This document shows, one piece after another, positions 1-8,237 of a DNA stretch of 24,478 bases. Each line of letters opens with the position of its first letter. Within the stretch, counting starts at the first letter, position 1. The stretch is from positions 1-24,478 of the forward strand of contig JBDLKA010000050.1 of assembly GCA_039714075.1 (NCBI GenBank). The letters are read 5' to 3'. The translations under genes were made by a program, and so were the position numbers. The notes under the pieces are model-generated. The model was not told where the DNA came from and ran no database searches. It saw nothing but the letters and a program-made list of their open reading frames with translations. Source of the DNA: Candidatus Krumholzibacteriota bacterium. GTDB taxonomy: Bacteria > Krumholzibacteriota > Krumholzibacteriia > LZORAL124-64-63.

Positions 1-1
1 G

Positions 2-1501
2 GAGATCTATGTGTGTGGAGCCGCCGCCGGCGGCGGTCAGGCGTTATTTGCGGCCTACCTGGGTGACGAATGGCTCAGGGCGACCCATTCCTTTCCGGGT
101 AATTTCACCGGTTGTGATTACACATATGTCTGCACCGATGCGGGCGCGATTCTGCAATATACCCATGGAGTGAACGCCATGGAGATCGTGTTCCAGGCGC
201 CGGAGGGAGTGTTTTTCCGCGCCCTGGTCGGGAGCCTCTACGGCGAGGAACTCGTCGCCCTGGGTGACGGTGGAGCCATTTTTCATCGCCGGGACGGCGG
301 GGGTTTCGTGGACGAATCCATTCCTGACGGTCCGGACTTCGTGGCGGGAAGTTTCGCCAACCAGGCCGGCGGCGAGGGGGTCCACATCCTGGGCGTGGGT
401 GAGGATGAAATCTGGTCCCATGACGCCGGGGTCTGGACCAAGGTCTATGATTTCGCCGACCAGCCCCTGAAGGCGGTGCACGTCAAATCTGACGGGTACG
501 GCATCGCGGCGGGTGACGGCGGTCTGGTCCTCAGGGAAGACGAAGGCGGCTGGTGGGACTGGTCCGTGGACGAAGGGGGCGACCTGTCGGCGGTAGTATT
601 GAACCACATCGACCAGGAGCTGGGTGTCTGCGGAACCAGCGGCCAGATTTACCTGGAGAACAACCTCGAGTGGACCGACATGAAACATCACGCCCAGGGT
701 CCCTGGCCCGCCTTCCATCATTCCGAGCCGGGGAAAGTCTATGCCGCCAACGGGAACAAGCTGTTCCGATTGAGCGGCGACTGGGACCAGTTGGCCGAGT
801 GGGACTGGGGGGATGAAATCGTTGATCTTCATGTATTGGCCGAAAACGACATCTGGGCCATCGGCGTCACGGGAGACGGCGTGGACCATTTCGTTCTTCA
901 TTTCGACGGAGCATCCTGGGCGGTAAAATTCCAGACCTCCCTGGACGGGCTGAACGCCCTCTGGTGCGACACCTCGGGGGACAACGTTTACGTCGCATCG
1001 GATTACGGCGCGATCTGGTGGCTCCACGATGATATTCGGGAAATGGCCGTGGGTCTGGGAACACCCACCAACTTTTACGATCTTTCGGGCACCACCGAAC
1101 TCAGCCTGAGGGCCGTGGGCGACGGCGGGTTGATCATGCGCTGGGGAGCCGAATCCTGGACGGCGGAGGAATCGGGTACTGCACAATCGTTGCGGGCCAT
1201 TTCGGGTCCGGTCGCCGTTGGGGACGGCGGAACCGTCCTGGTCCATGACGGGGACACCTGGAACGCCGCGGATCTATCGTGGGATGTACGCCTCAACGGG
1301 GTCTGGAGCGATCATCCGGACAATATCTGGGCGGTGGGAGAGGGGGCTTTCGTGCTTCACCACGACGGCACCGATTGGACGCGCCTGGTAACGGATTTGC
1401 CGGGGATCGACTTCCTTTCCGTGCAAGGTATCGGTCCCGATGATGTCTGGATCGGCGGGACCGAAGGCTATCTCCTGAAAAACCCAACCGTCGCCAACTG
1501 A
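2..1501 (+). CDS. Beta-propeller repeat protein (WD40/YVTN/BNR-like Trp-rich repeats), probably extracellular; likely 5'-truncated
   Basis: Frame is open from base 2 to TGA 1499-1501. Recurring ~40-aa repeats such as LNGVWSDHPDNIWAVGEGAFVLHHDGTDW, LHVLAENDIWAIG...LHFDGASW and LRAVGDGGLIMRWGAESW. Acidic and Gly/Trp-rich. Confidence 0.75.
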   Translation, partial: EIYVCGAAAGGGQALFAAYLGDEWLRATHSFPGNFTGCDYTYVCTDAGAILQYTHGVNAMEIVFQAPEGVFFRALVGSLYGEELVALGDGGAIFHRRDGGGFVDESIPDGPDFVAGSFANQAGGEGVHILGVGEDEIWSHDAGVWTKVYDFADQPLKAVHVKSDGYGIAAGDGGLVLREDEGGWWDWSVDEGGDLSAVVLNHIDQELGVCGTSGQIYLENNLEWTDMKHHAQGPWPAFHHSEPGKVYAANGNKLFRLSGDWDQLAEWDWGDEIVDLHVLAENDIWAIGVTGDGVDHFVLHFDGASWAVKFQTSLDGLNALWCDTSGDNVYVASDYGAIWWLHDDIREMAVGLGTPTNFYDLSGTTELSLRAVGDGGLIMRWGAESWTAEESGTAQSLRAISGPVAVGDGGTVLVHDGDTWNAADLSWDVRLNGVWSDHPDNIWAVGEGAFVLHHDGTDWTRLVTDLPGIDFLSVQGIGPDDVWIGGTEGYLLKNPTVAN

Positions 1502-1561
1502 GGCGGACAGCCCGGTGTGGAGCGGGGAAAACCCGTACAGGATGGAACTTTGGCGGCGATA

Positions 1562-1570
1562 TGTTATATT
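1562..1570 (+). promoter_or_regulatory. Putative extended -10 promoter (TGtTATATT) for ssrA
   Basis: TG-n-TATATT in an AT-rich patch ~45 nt upstream of the tmRNA 5' end. A hairpin GAGTTCGG/CCGAACTC (1578-1595) lies in the predicted leader. Confidence 0.5.
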
Positions 1571-1613
1571 GTTGTTTGAGTTCGGTCCCGAACTCCCCGT
1601 TGGATATCCTGAT

Positions 1614-1967
1614 GGGGGCGACCTGGCTTCGACGTGGTCGGGGGACCGTGGACTGCATGCCGAGATTCCATGTGCTCGTTAAACGGTGGAAAAACCATTA
1701 AGTGACGAAAACAATTTCGCACTGGCTGCCTAAATAGGTAGCCCGTCCCGGGATCGGGGGGTCACCGAACTGATCTCAAGGGGCGCCGTTTTCGGTGTCT
1801 AGTTTCAAGGCAGGTCTCTGGCCTTGGGGCGAAATTTAAGTGAGTACTAGCCTGGCGGGCGGCACGTGACCTGGCCTCCCAACAGGTTAAATAACAGGTC
1901 ACTATGCATGTAGACGTCTGCGGGGTACCGGTTACGGACGCGGGTTCGATTCCCGCCGCCTCCACCA
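1614..1967 (+). ncRNA. ssrA: tmRNA (transfer-messenger RNA), tag peptide (A)DENNFALAA
   Basis: 5' GGGGGCG...GGCTTCGAC and 3' GCGGGTTCGATTCCCGC-CGCCTCC-ACCA form an Ala acceptor stem with a G3.U70 pair and a T-arm. Tag frame GAC GAA AAC AAT TTC GCA CTG GCT GCC TAA at 1704-1733. Length 354 nt. Confidence 0.97.
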
Positions 1968-2131
1968 ATCATTCCGCAAGCACCCTTGTGTTCCAGGGAC
2001 GCCGCCCTTCGCCATCCATGGCTACGGCCGGCTCGCACTCCGGCCTGTTCGCCCTCCATGGCGAACAGACCTCCGTGACGCCCTGTAACACAAGGGTGCT
2101 TGCGGAATGATTGGTGGAGGCGGTGGGAGTC
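1948..2131. repeat. Long inverted repeat (arms 1948-1998 and 2081-2131) including the tmRNA 3' end
   Basis: The arms are reverse complements with a 37-bp perfect core (1956-1992 / 2087-2123), two G.T pairs and one C/T mismatch. The 82-nt spacer contains smaller hairpins. Confidence 0.93.
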
Positions 2132-2293
2132 TCTGCTATGGGGGAGGCGGGTCATGACCCCGCGCGGATAATTCCTGGCGTTGACGCCTTGGGGATGGAA
2201 GGAAAATAATGGGAGTCCGGGAGCATGGATTTGCCGGCGGTATCGCCGGCTTGTTACCTTGAATCAAAATCCTTATCGGAAACGGAGATGGAA

Positions 2294-3112
2294 ATGTCAT
2301 CGGTCACATCCCTTACCGTACTCGGTGCCGGCAACATCGGCACCGCCATTGCCCGCGGCCTCGTGAAAGCGGGTCTTCTGGACGCCGGTCACATCACCCT
2401 GACCCGTCGCCACGCCGACAGGTTGACAGAATTGGCTTCCGAGGGTTTTGCCACGACAGTGGACAACAAGGTTGCCGTCGCGGCTTCGGATCTGGTAGTC
2501 GTGGCGGTGGAGCCCGGCCAACTCGATGAGTTGCTGGTTGCGGCCGGACAGGCTTTTGAACCCGGGCGTCACACTCTTGTCTCAGTGGTTTCAGGCGCCT
2601 CGGTTGCCGACATTCAGCGGCATCTGAAACAGGGTGTTGCGGTGGTCCGTGCCATGCCCAATACCGCCATCGCGGTGGGGGAGTCCATGACCTGTCTGGC
2701 CGCCACACCGGACGGCGCGAACGGGTTGGCTCTGGCGGAAAGTGTTTTCCAGGCCGTGGGCACCACCCTGGTCATCGACGAGGAACAGATGAGTTCGGCG
2801 ACCGCCCTGTGCGCCTGCGGCACGGCGTTTTTCCTGCGGGCCATCCGCGCCGCCAGTCAGGGAGGTATCGAAATCGGCTTCCACTCGAACGACGCGCTAG
2901 CCATGGCCGCGCAGACGGCCAAGGGGGCGGCGGCCCTGCTGCTGGCCAGGCGGCTTCACCCGGAACGGGAAATCGACCGGGTCACCACGCCGCGGGGAGC
3001 GACCATCTCAGGATTGAACGAGATGGAGCACCAGGGTTTCAGTTCGGCGATGATCAAGGGCATTACCACTTCGGCGGAAAAGGTGGATCGGCTATACAAG
3101 AAGAAAGACTGA
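2294..3112 (+). CDS. proC: Pyrroline-5-carboxylate reductase
   Basis: GAGNIG Rossmann motif, VVRAMPN, and the ProC signature IDRVTTPRGATISGL. Start placed at ATG 2294 after GGAG; ATG 2288 is an alternative. Confidence 0.95.
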   Translation: MSSVTSLTVLGAGNIGTAIARGLVKAGLLDAGHITLTRRHADRLTELASEGFATTVDNKVAVAASDLVVVAVEPGQLDELLVAAGQAFEPGRHTLVSVVSGASVADIQRHLKQGVAVVRAMPNTAIAVGESMTCLAATPDGANGLALAESVFQAVGTTLVIDEEQMSSATALCACGTAFFLRAIRAASQGGIEIGFHSNDALAMAAQTAKGAAALLLARRLHPEREIDRVTTPRGATISGLNEMEHQGFSSAMIKGITTSAEKVDRLYKKKD

Positions 3113-3152
3113 TTGTCGTGCAACCAGCCTTTCCTATTGAGCAGGTTTTCGA

Positions 3153-5384
3153 TTACCGGGCCAGCACGATTTTCAGGGATACCGACATCTGGCCGGCAAC
3201 AACCCGCGCCAAATAGACGCCCGAAGGGAGGTTCTTTCCCTCGCGGTCCGTCCCGTCCCAATCCACACTCTGAACACCGGCATCGCGGCGCTTGGTTCCA
3301 AGGGTCGCTACCCGACGTCCCCGAACATCGAATACCTCGATTCGCGTGGCGACAGGCGTCTGCAATTCGAATTGAATCGTCACCCGGGGATTGAAGGGAT
3401 TGGGCGTGGCCCGCAGGTTGAGGAATCCGAGTGCCTCAGGAGTTTCGTCAGGCACCGCGGAGACTTCACCCGTTCCACCTTGGGTGTGGAGGTAGTGGAC
3501 GGGAGGGCGGTAGGGATCTCCCACGAGAATGTACTGGTCACCCGGCATCATGTAGTCCATCCGGCTCAGGCTTCTGTTTGCCAGGGAAAGATTACCCGCC
3601 GGCACCGGGTGGGCTGGGTCGGCAAGATCCAGGATCAACCCGGTTTCCTCCTGATAGGCGAAACCACCGGTGGGAACAAAGCCTGCCAGACGCGGCAGGT
3701 GCATTTCTCCGGCCACCACGGGGGAAGCGGGGTTGGAAAGATCCCAGGACTTCAACACCGCCCCGCCAGATGCGGTGTGAACGGAGTACAACCAGTCCCC
3801 ACTGGTGAAGATGAACGAGCCGCCAACAGTCAGGGTTCCCGCGTGGACCAGGGCGGTTGGATCCCGGGCATCGATCAATTCGAGAGAATAATTGTGGCCA
3901 ACCAGGACCAGTGATCCCGCAGTCCACAGGGTGGCGGAATTTGTGGATATAATGCCAATGGAATCCTGGGGCTGGGGGTCATCGGGATCCGTGATGTCGA
4001 GGACCGAAAGGCTGCCCGGGTCGGACCCGGACTGATGGTCCAGTATCACCAGGTGTTCGTCGTCGAGAAAGTCGATCGAGCCCCGCCAGTTGGCCGAGTG
4101 GTTCAGGTCGGGGAGGGCATACGATCCCCTCTCGATCGCCCCGTACCGGGAAACCGTGACCAGCTTCAATTGAGACGGGTTGCCGCCGTAAATGGAAAGC
4201 AGGGTTCCGCGGTGATCAAATTCGTTCATGAAATCACCGAAACCCAATTCAAGATCCCACAAATGCGCCGCACCGTTATTCAGGTCCGCGGCCCTCAGGG
4301 TGAGGTCCTGGGTCTCTGAATAGCCGTAGATGATATGGCCCAACATGATCCCCCGGGGACTCATAAAGCCCGAAGGGTCAAACTCTCCCGCGGGTTCGGG
4401 ATGGGAATGGGGATGGTCATGGAAGACATGGAGCCCGTCCGGGGCCGTCGTCACCAGGAGCCCCGCGTGGATGTCCGCATCCCGGGCGGTCCCAGCCTGC
4501 CTGGTTTCCCGCAACAGGGTGCCCGTCGCAAAATCGAAAAAGCCGAGATAGAGGTTGCCGATGACCTGAAGTTCAGACCCCTGGATTCTCAGCGGCCCTC
4601 CGGCGGCGGAGGAAAGACGGAGAAAGGCAGGCGACGGGGCCATGACGGGGGCGCCCGGGTCGGTAAAGTCCCAACGATCCACCTGGGCACCGGTCATGGT
4701 GTAGACAACCGGCCCGTGGACGACCGCGGAGTAATAATCGAACTCGGTGGTGGATTCGGCGAACCCAATAAGCGAGGGGGCTGCAGGGGTTGAAACATCC
4801 AGCAGTTCGAACCGGCCGTTGTTGGTCACGCCAAGGTGGTTGCCGTCCAGGCTGACCGACTCCACATCGCCGCCATACCAGGCCATAACGTACATGGTGC
4901 TCGTGGAGGTGATGTCCACGACCGCAAGCCCCGCGGTCCCGCAGGCGATGTACGCGTAGGGCGGGGAAACCTCCAACTGGTGGATATCTGAACCAGGCAG
5001 GAATAGGAAACCCAGGGACAGAGGAGCCTGGGGGTCCCCCAGGGAGAGGGCTGTCAGGCCGCCGCTGCTCACCATGTATCCGAACCAGTCCACGACCGCG
5101 ATGTCTATTTCCAGGCCGATGCCGTCGAAGGCGCCCACCTGGCTCAGGACATCACCGGAAACTTCGTGAATGGTCAGTCCGGATCCCGTGTTGCACACGG
5201 CGAAATAATCCGTCCCCCACAGGTTGAATCCCTCGATCGCCTGATTGTCACCGGACAAGGTGGCGGTACCTGCCAGGTGGGGATAGATCGAGTAGTCCGC
5301 CGGGGTTGCGAAAACGGTTCCGAAGCTGAAAGAAACAAGCAATAAAATGGAGGAACGGGCGAAGGTTTTAGCGAGGGAATTCAT
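3153..5384 (-). CDS. Secreted LVIVD-repeat (beta-propeller) protein with C-terminal FlgD-Ig-like / T9SS-sorting-like domain
   Basis: N-terminal signal peptide (MNSLAKTFARSSILLLVSFSFGTVFA). LVIVD-like repeats (AYIACGTAGLAVVDIT, LSVLDITDPDDP, LELIDARDPT, WDLSNPASP). C-terminus TPNPFNPRVTIQFEL...VFDVRGRRV...WDGTD..G..LPSGVYLARV. Confidence 0.85.
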   Translation of the reverse strand: MNSLAKTFARSSILLLVSFSFGTVFATPADYSIYPHLAGTATLSGDNQAIEGFNLWGTDYFAVCNTGSGLTIHEVSGDVLSQVGAFDGIGLEIDIAVVDWFGYMVSSGGLTALSLGDPQAPLSLGFLFLPGSDIHQLEVSPPYAYIACGTAGLAVVDITSTSTMYVMAWYGGDVESVSLDGNHLGVTNNGRFELLDVSTPAAPSLIGFAESTTEFDYYSAVVHGPVVYTMTGAQVDRWDFTDPGAPVMAPSPAFLRLSSAAGGPLRIQGSELQVIGNLYLGFFDFATGTLLRETRQAGTARDADIHAGLLVTTAPDGLHVFHDHPHSHPEPAGEFDPSGFMSPRGIMLGHIIYGYSETQDLTLRAADLNNGAAHLWDLELGFGDFMNEFDHRGTLLSIYGGNPSQLKLVTVSRYGAIERGSYALPDLNHSANWRGSIDFLDDEHLVILDHQSGSDPGSLSVLDITDPDDPQPQDSIGIISTNSATLWTAGSLVLVGHNYSLELIDARDPTALVHAGTLTVGGSFIFTSGDWLYSVHTASGGAVLKSWDLSNPASPVVAGEMHLPRLAGFVPTGGFAYQEETGLILDLADPAHPVPAGNLSLANRSLSRMDYMMPGDQYILVGDPYRPPVHYLHTQGGTGEVSAVPDETPEALGFLNLRATPNPFNPRVTIQFELQTPVATRIEVFDVRGRRVATLGTKRRDAGVQSVDWDGTDREGKNLPSGVYLARVVAGQMSVSLKIVLAR

Positions 5385-5423
5385 GGTGGACCCCTTTCAT
5401 GTAAATTTTGATATTCATAAATC

Positions 5424-5452
5424 ATAGTAATGTAGTCCGGTTTAAGTGTCAA
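5424..5452 (-). promoter_or_regulatory. Near-consensus sigma70 promoter for the LVIVD/FlgD gene
   Basis: On the minus strand: TTGACA (5452-5447), 17-bp spacer, TACTAT (5429-5424), 40 nt upstream of ATG 5384 in an AT-rich intergenic region. Confidence 0.75.
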
Positions 5453-5520
5453 CGTAACCAATTTTGCCCGGAATATGACCCATTTCGCATAGATATCGAT
5501 AATTCAAGCAGCCAAGGGAA

Positions 5521-6348
5521 TCAACGGCGCCGGAAAAGGGCAGTCAGGAAATAGGCAGTCCCGGTCAACAGGATTGTCACGGCACCGGCCGGCAGGTCGG
5601 GAGCATAGCTGACGGCCAGACCGCCAGTGGTTAAAATGGCGCAGGCGGCCGTTGCCCAAAGCATCATCTGCCACAGCCGCCGCGCGAAGAGGTTGGCCAT
5701 GGCCGCGGGCAATGTCAGCAGGGCGATGACCAGGATGATTCCCACCACCGACACCAGCAGGACCACCGTCAGGGCCGTCAGCGCCAGCAGCAGGAAATAG
5801 AATCGCTGCACATGGACTCCGCGCAGCCCGGCGAACTCACCGTCGAAACAAACCGCGAGCAGTTGCTTGTTGAAAAGAGCGACCGTCACCAGGACCACCA
5901 CGTCCAGCGCCGCGATCAGCCACAGGTCGCGGCTGGTGACCATCAGGATGTTGCCGAACAGGTAGCTCATCAGGTCGGTCGTATAACCGGGCGTCATGCT
6001 GATGAACAGGATGCCGGTGGCCATGCCCATGGCCCATACCGCACCGATGACCGTGTCTTCCCGCTGCTTCAGATGAAGGCTGACCCAACCGATGACGACT
6101 GCCGCCAACAGGGCGGCGATGACGGCCCCGGCGATGGGGGATAGCCCCTCGAATCCGTGGACAACCCGGAAGTAATGAACGATGCCGAGTCCCGCCAGAA
6201 CCGAATGCGCAATGCCTCCGGCGATGTAGCTGATGCGGCGAATGACCACGAAACTGCCGACCACCCCGCAGGGAATGCTCACCAGCAGGCCGGCCAGCAG
6301 GGCGTACTGGAGAAAGGCGTGCGTCTGCAGAGCATCGAAGAATGTCAT
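5521..6348 (-). CDS. znuB: Zn/Mn ABC transporter permease (ZnuB family)
   Basis: Polytopic membrane protein with GSFVVIRRISYIAGGIAHSVLAG, DLMSYLFGNIL and VVGIILVIALLTLPA motifs. ATGA overlap with the ATPase gene. Confidence 0.9.
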   Translation of the reverse strand: MTFFDALQTHAFLQYALLAGLLVSIPCGVVGSFVVIRRISYIAGGIAHSVLAGLGIVHYFRVVHGFEGLSPIAGAVIAALLAAVVIGWVSLHLKQREDTVIGAVWAMGMATGILFISMTPGYTTDLMSYLFGNILMVTSRDLWLIAALDVVVLVTVALFNKQLLAVCFDGEFAGLRGVHVQRFYFLLLALTALTVVLLVSVVGIILVIALLTLPAAMANLFARRLWQMMLWATAACAILTTGGLAVSYAPDLPAGAVTILLTGTAYFLTALFRRR

Positions 6349-7097
6349 GACTTGTGACCGTCCTCGCTGCAGCGGTGGTCGTGCCGGACCAGACGCATGT
6401 CGCTGCCGTAGAGGTCGGCTATGACCTGGCCCGTGATCTCGCTGGTGGGGTGAACGACCACGTCCTGGCCAACGCAGACCACGCTGCGCACGAACCCCGA
6501 GACGAAGCCCAGGTCGTGGGAGACAAGCACGATGGTCAAACGTTCGTTGAGTTCCTGGAGCAGCCGGTAGAATCCTTCTTCGATGTGGGCGTCCAGGCCG
6601 GCGGTGGGTTCGTCGAGCAGGAGCAGTTCGGGATCGCCGGCCAAGGCGCGGGCGATCAAAACCCGCTGCTTTTGGCCACCGCTCAACGATGCGAAATGGT
6701 GCCCCGCCCGGTCGACCAATCCAACTTCGTCGAGGGCTCGCCGCGCCTGGCCACGGTCAGCGGATCTCCAGGCACCGAAGGAGCGGGTGCGTCCCAGCCG
6801 TCCCATCAAAACCACGTCCATGGCGCTGACCGGGAACAATGGATCCAGCCGGGGATGCTGGGGAACGTAGCCGATCTTTCCCCGGGAACGGTCGGGCCGT
6901 TGGCCGAGAACCTCTATCGAACCCGCGGTGGGTTTCAAAAGCCCCAGGGCGATCTTCAAGAGGGTGGTCTTGCCGCTGCCGTTGGGCCCGACCACGCAGA
7001 CGAAATCCCCGACGGGAATCGTAATGTTGACGTTCCTGAGAACCGGCTTGCCGTCGTAACCGAATTCCAGGCCACGGCAGGTGATGGCGTCACTCAT
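6345..7097 (-). CDS. znuC: Zn/Mn ABC transporter ATP-binding protein (ZnuC family)
   Basis: Walker A GPNGSGKTT, IGYVPQ, LSGGQKQR, LLLLDEP, VSHD, His-rich C-terminus. Start ATG 7097 follows AAGGAGG. Confidence 0.9.
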   Translation of the reverse strand: MSDAITCRGLEFGYDGKPVLRNVNITIPVGDFVCVVGPNGSGKTTLLKIALGLLKPTAGSIEVLGQRPDRSRGKIGYVPQHPRLDPLFPVSAMDVVLMGRLGRTRSFGAWRSADRGQARRALDEVGLVDRAGHHFASLSGGQKQRVLIARALAGDPELLLLDEPTAGLDAHIEEGFYRLLQELNERLTIVLVSHDLGFVSGFVRSVVCVGQDVVVHPTSEITGQVIADLYGSDMRLVRHDHRCSEDGHKS

Positions 7098-8007
7098 AAA
7101 CCGCCTCCTTCGATTCGCCGAAATCTTCAACGGCAAACCGTTCGGCGAGTGTCCCGGCCATCTTCAGGAGATTGGCCGGGTAGTCGGCGGCCAGGGGATC
7201 CAGGACCACGATCTCGGCGTCAATGGCGGCGGCCACCGTCTCGGCCGACTTGCGGGAGAACTGGGGCTGGACGATGACCGACCGGGCGCCGGCCTCCCGG
7301 GCGCGATTGATGACCTCGGCCAGGTGGCGCGGCCCGGGCTCGTGGCCGCCCGCTTCCACCGGAACCTGGATCAGGCCGTAGGCGTCGGCAAAATGTCCGA
7401 AAGCCGGATGAAAAACGATGAATCCGCGACCTTCGAAAGCGGCCAGAATGCTTCGGACCCGATCGTCCAGATCCGTGAGTTGCTCCACAAGAACTTCGTA
7501 ACGTTCCAGGATGGCTGCGGCACGATCAGGTACGAGGACCTGCAGTTGCCGGCTGATGGTATCGGCCATGGCCATCGCCTGGGCGGGATCCAGCCAGACG
7601 TGGGGATCGGTATCGTGATGATGCGTATGATCCCCGGGTTCGGGTCCGGCCATCGCCGGCGCCTGGGGCAAAGCCCTGATCCGGGGCACAAGGCCCTTTT
7701 CGAAGGGAACCCCCGCAGACCAAAAGAGGTCGGCCTGTTCCAGGACGGCCATCTGCTTGGGGGTGGGTTCGTAGGTGGCGGGCGAGTGCCCGGGACCGAC
7801 CAGCACGGAAACTTCCACCAGGTCGCCGCCGATATTTTCGACGAACCACACCTGGGGCAGGATGCTGACGGTGACGCGCACCGGGTCGGCCCAGGAGGCT
7901 CCGGGGACCAGACAGACCGATACCAGCAACAGTATCGCAATCCATGGGAAGGAAGTCACAGCCAAGGGAAGCCGCCGCAAGTTCCGGATTTTTTGGGCCT
8001 CATTCAC
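7090..8007 (-). CDS. znuA: Zn/Mn ABC transporter substrate-binding protein (ZnuA/TroA family)
   Basis: Signal peptide, GHSPATYEPTP, His-rich loop DHTHHHDTDPHVWLDP, FHPAFGHFADAYGL, LDPLA. The exact start is uncertain. Confidence 0.88.
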   Translation of the reverse strand: MNEAQKIRNLRRLPLAVTSFPWIAILLLVSVCLVPGASWADPVRVTVSILPQVWFVENIGGDLVEVSVLVGPGHSPATYEPTPKQMAVLEQADLFWSAGVPFEKGLVPRIRALPQAPAMAGPEPGDHTHHHDTDPHVWLDPAQAMAMADTISRQLQVLVPDRAAAILERYEVLVEQLTDLDDRVRSILAAFEGRGFIVFHPAFGHFADAYGLIQVPVEAGGHEPGPRHLAEVINRAREAGARSVIVQPQFSRKSAETVAAAIDAEIVVLDPLAADYPANLLKMAGTLAERFAVEDFGESKEAVYE

Positions 8008-8237
8008 TTGTTCTCACTGTCATTTTTGTACCGGTCAACATGATAGTGGTTAGGTCGTCCTTTTGGAAACAAAAGAGTTACAGAGCAAAAAGTGGCCCCG
8101 GGGACACTTTCCCGACGAACCGGAGAGTTCGGGTCATTGATTAAGCGCCGTTGATTCCCCGTCTCAATTGGATTAGGTTGGCACCATACTATCATGTGAT
8201 CATTCCCAGCTACCGGGGTTCCCCCAAGGAGATCGCC

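Noticed and set aside
1762..2155. ORFs overlapping ssrA (e.g. MVEAAGIEPAS..., 1762-1968 minus; 1847-2155 minus; 1904-2110 plus)
   Set aside because: Typical spurious translations of a tRNA-like 3' end and its inverted repeat; the region is explained by the tmRNA.
2181..2260. Two candidate proC promoters (TTGACG-18-AATAAT; TTGCCG-18-TACCTT)
   Set aside because: Both are imperfect and cannot be distinguished without TSS data, so neither is listed as a feature.
1968..5520. Genomic island integrated at ssrA
   Set aside because: No integrase, no direct repeat of the ssrA 3' end was seen, and the next gene is the housekeeping proC.
8008..8150. Possible Zur/Fur box upstream of znuA (ATGATAGTGGTTAG; GAAACAAAAGAGTTAC)
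   Set aside because: Only half-site or weak palindromic matches; cannot be supported by eye.
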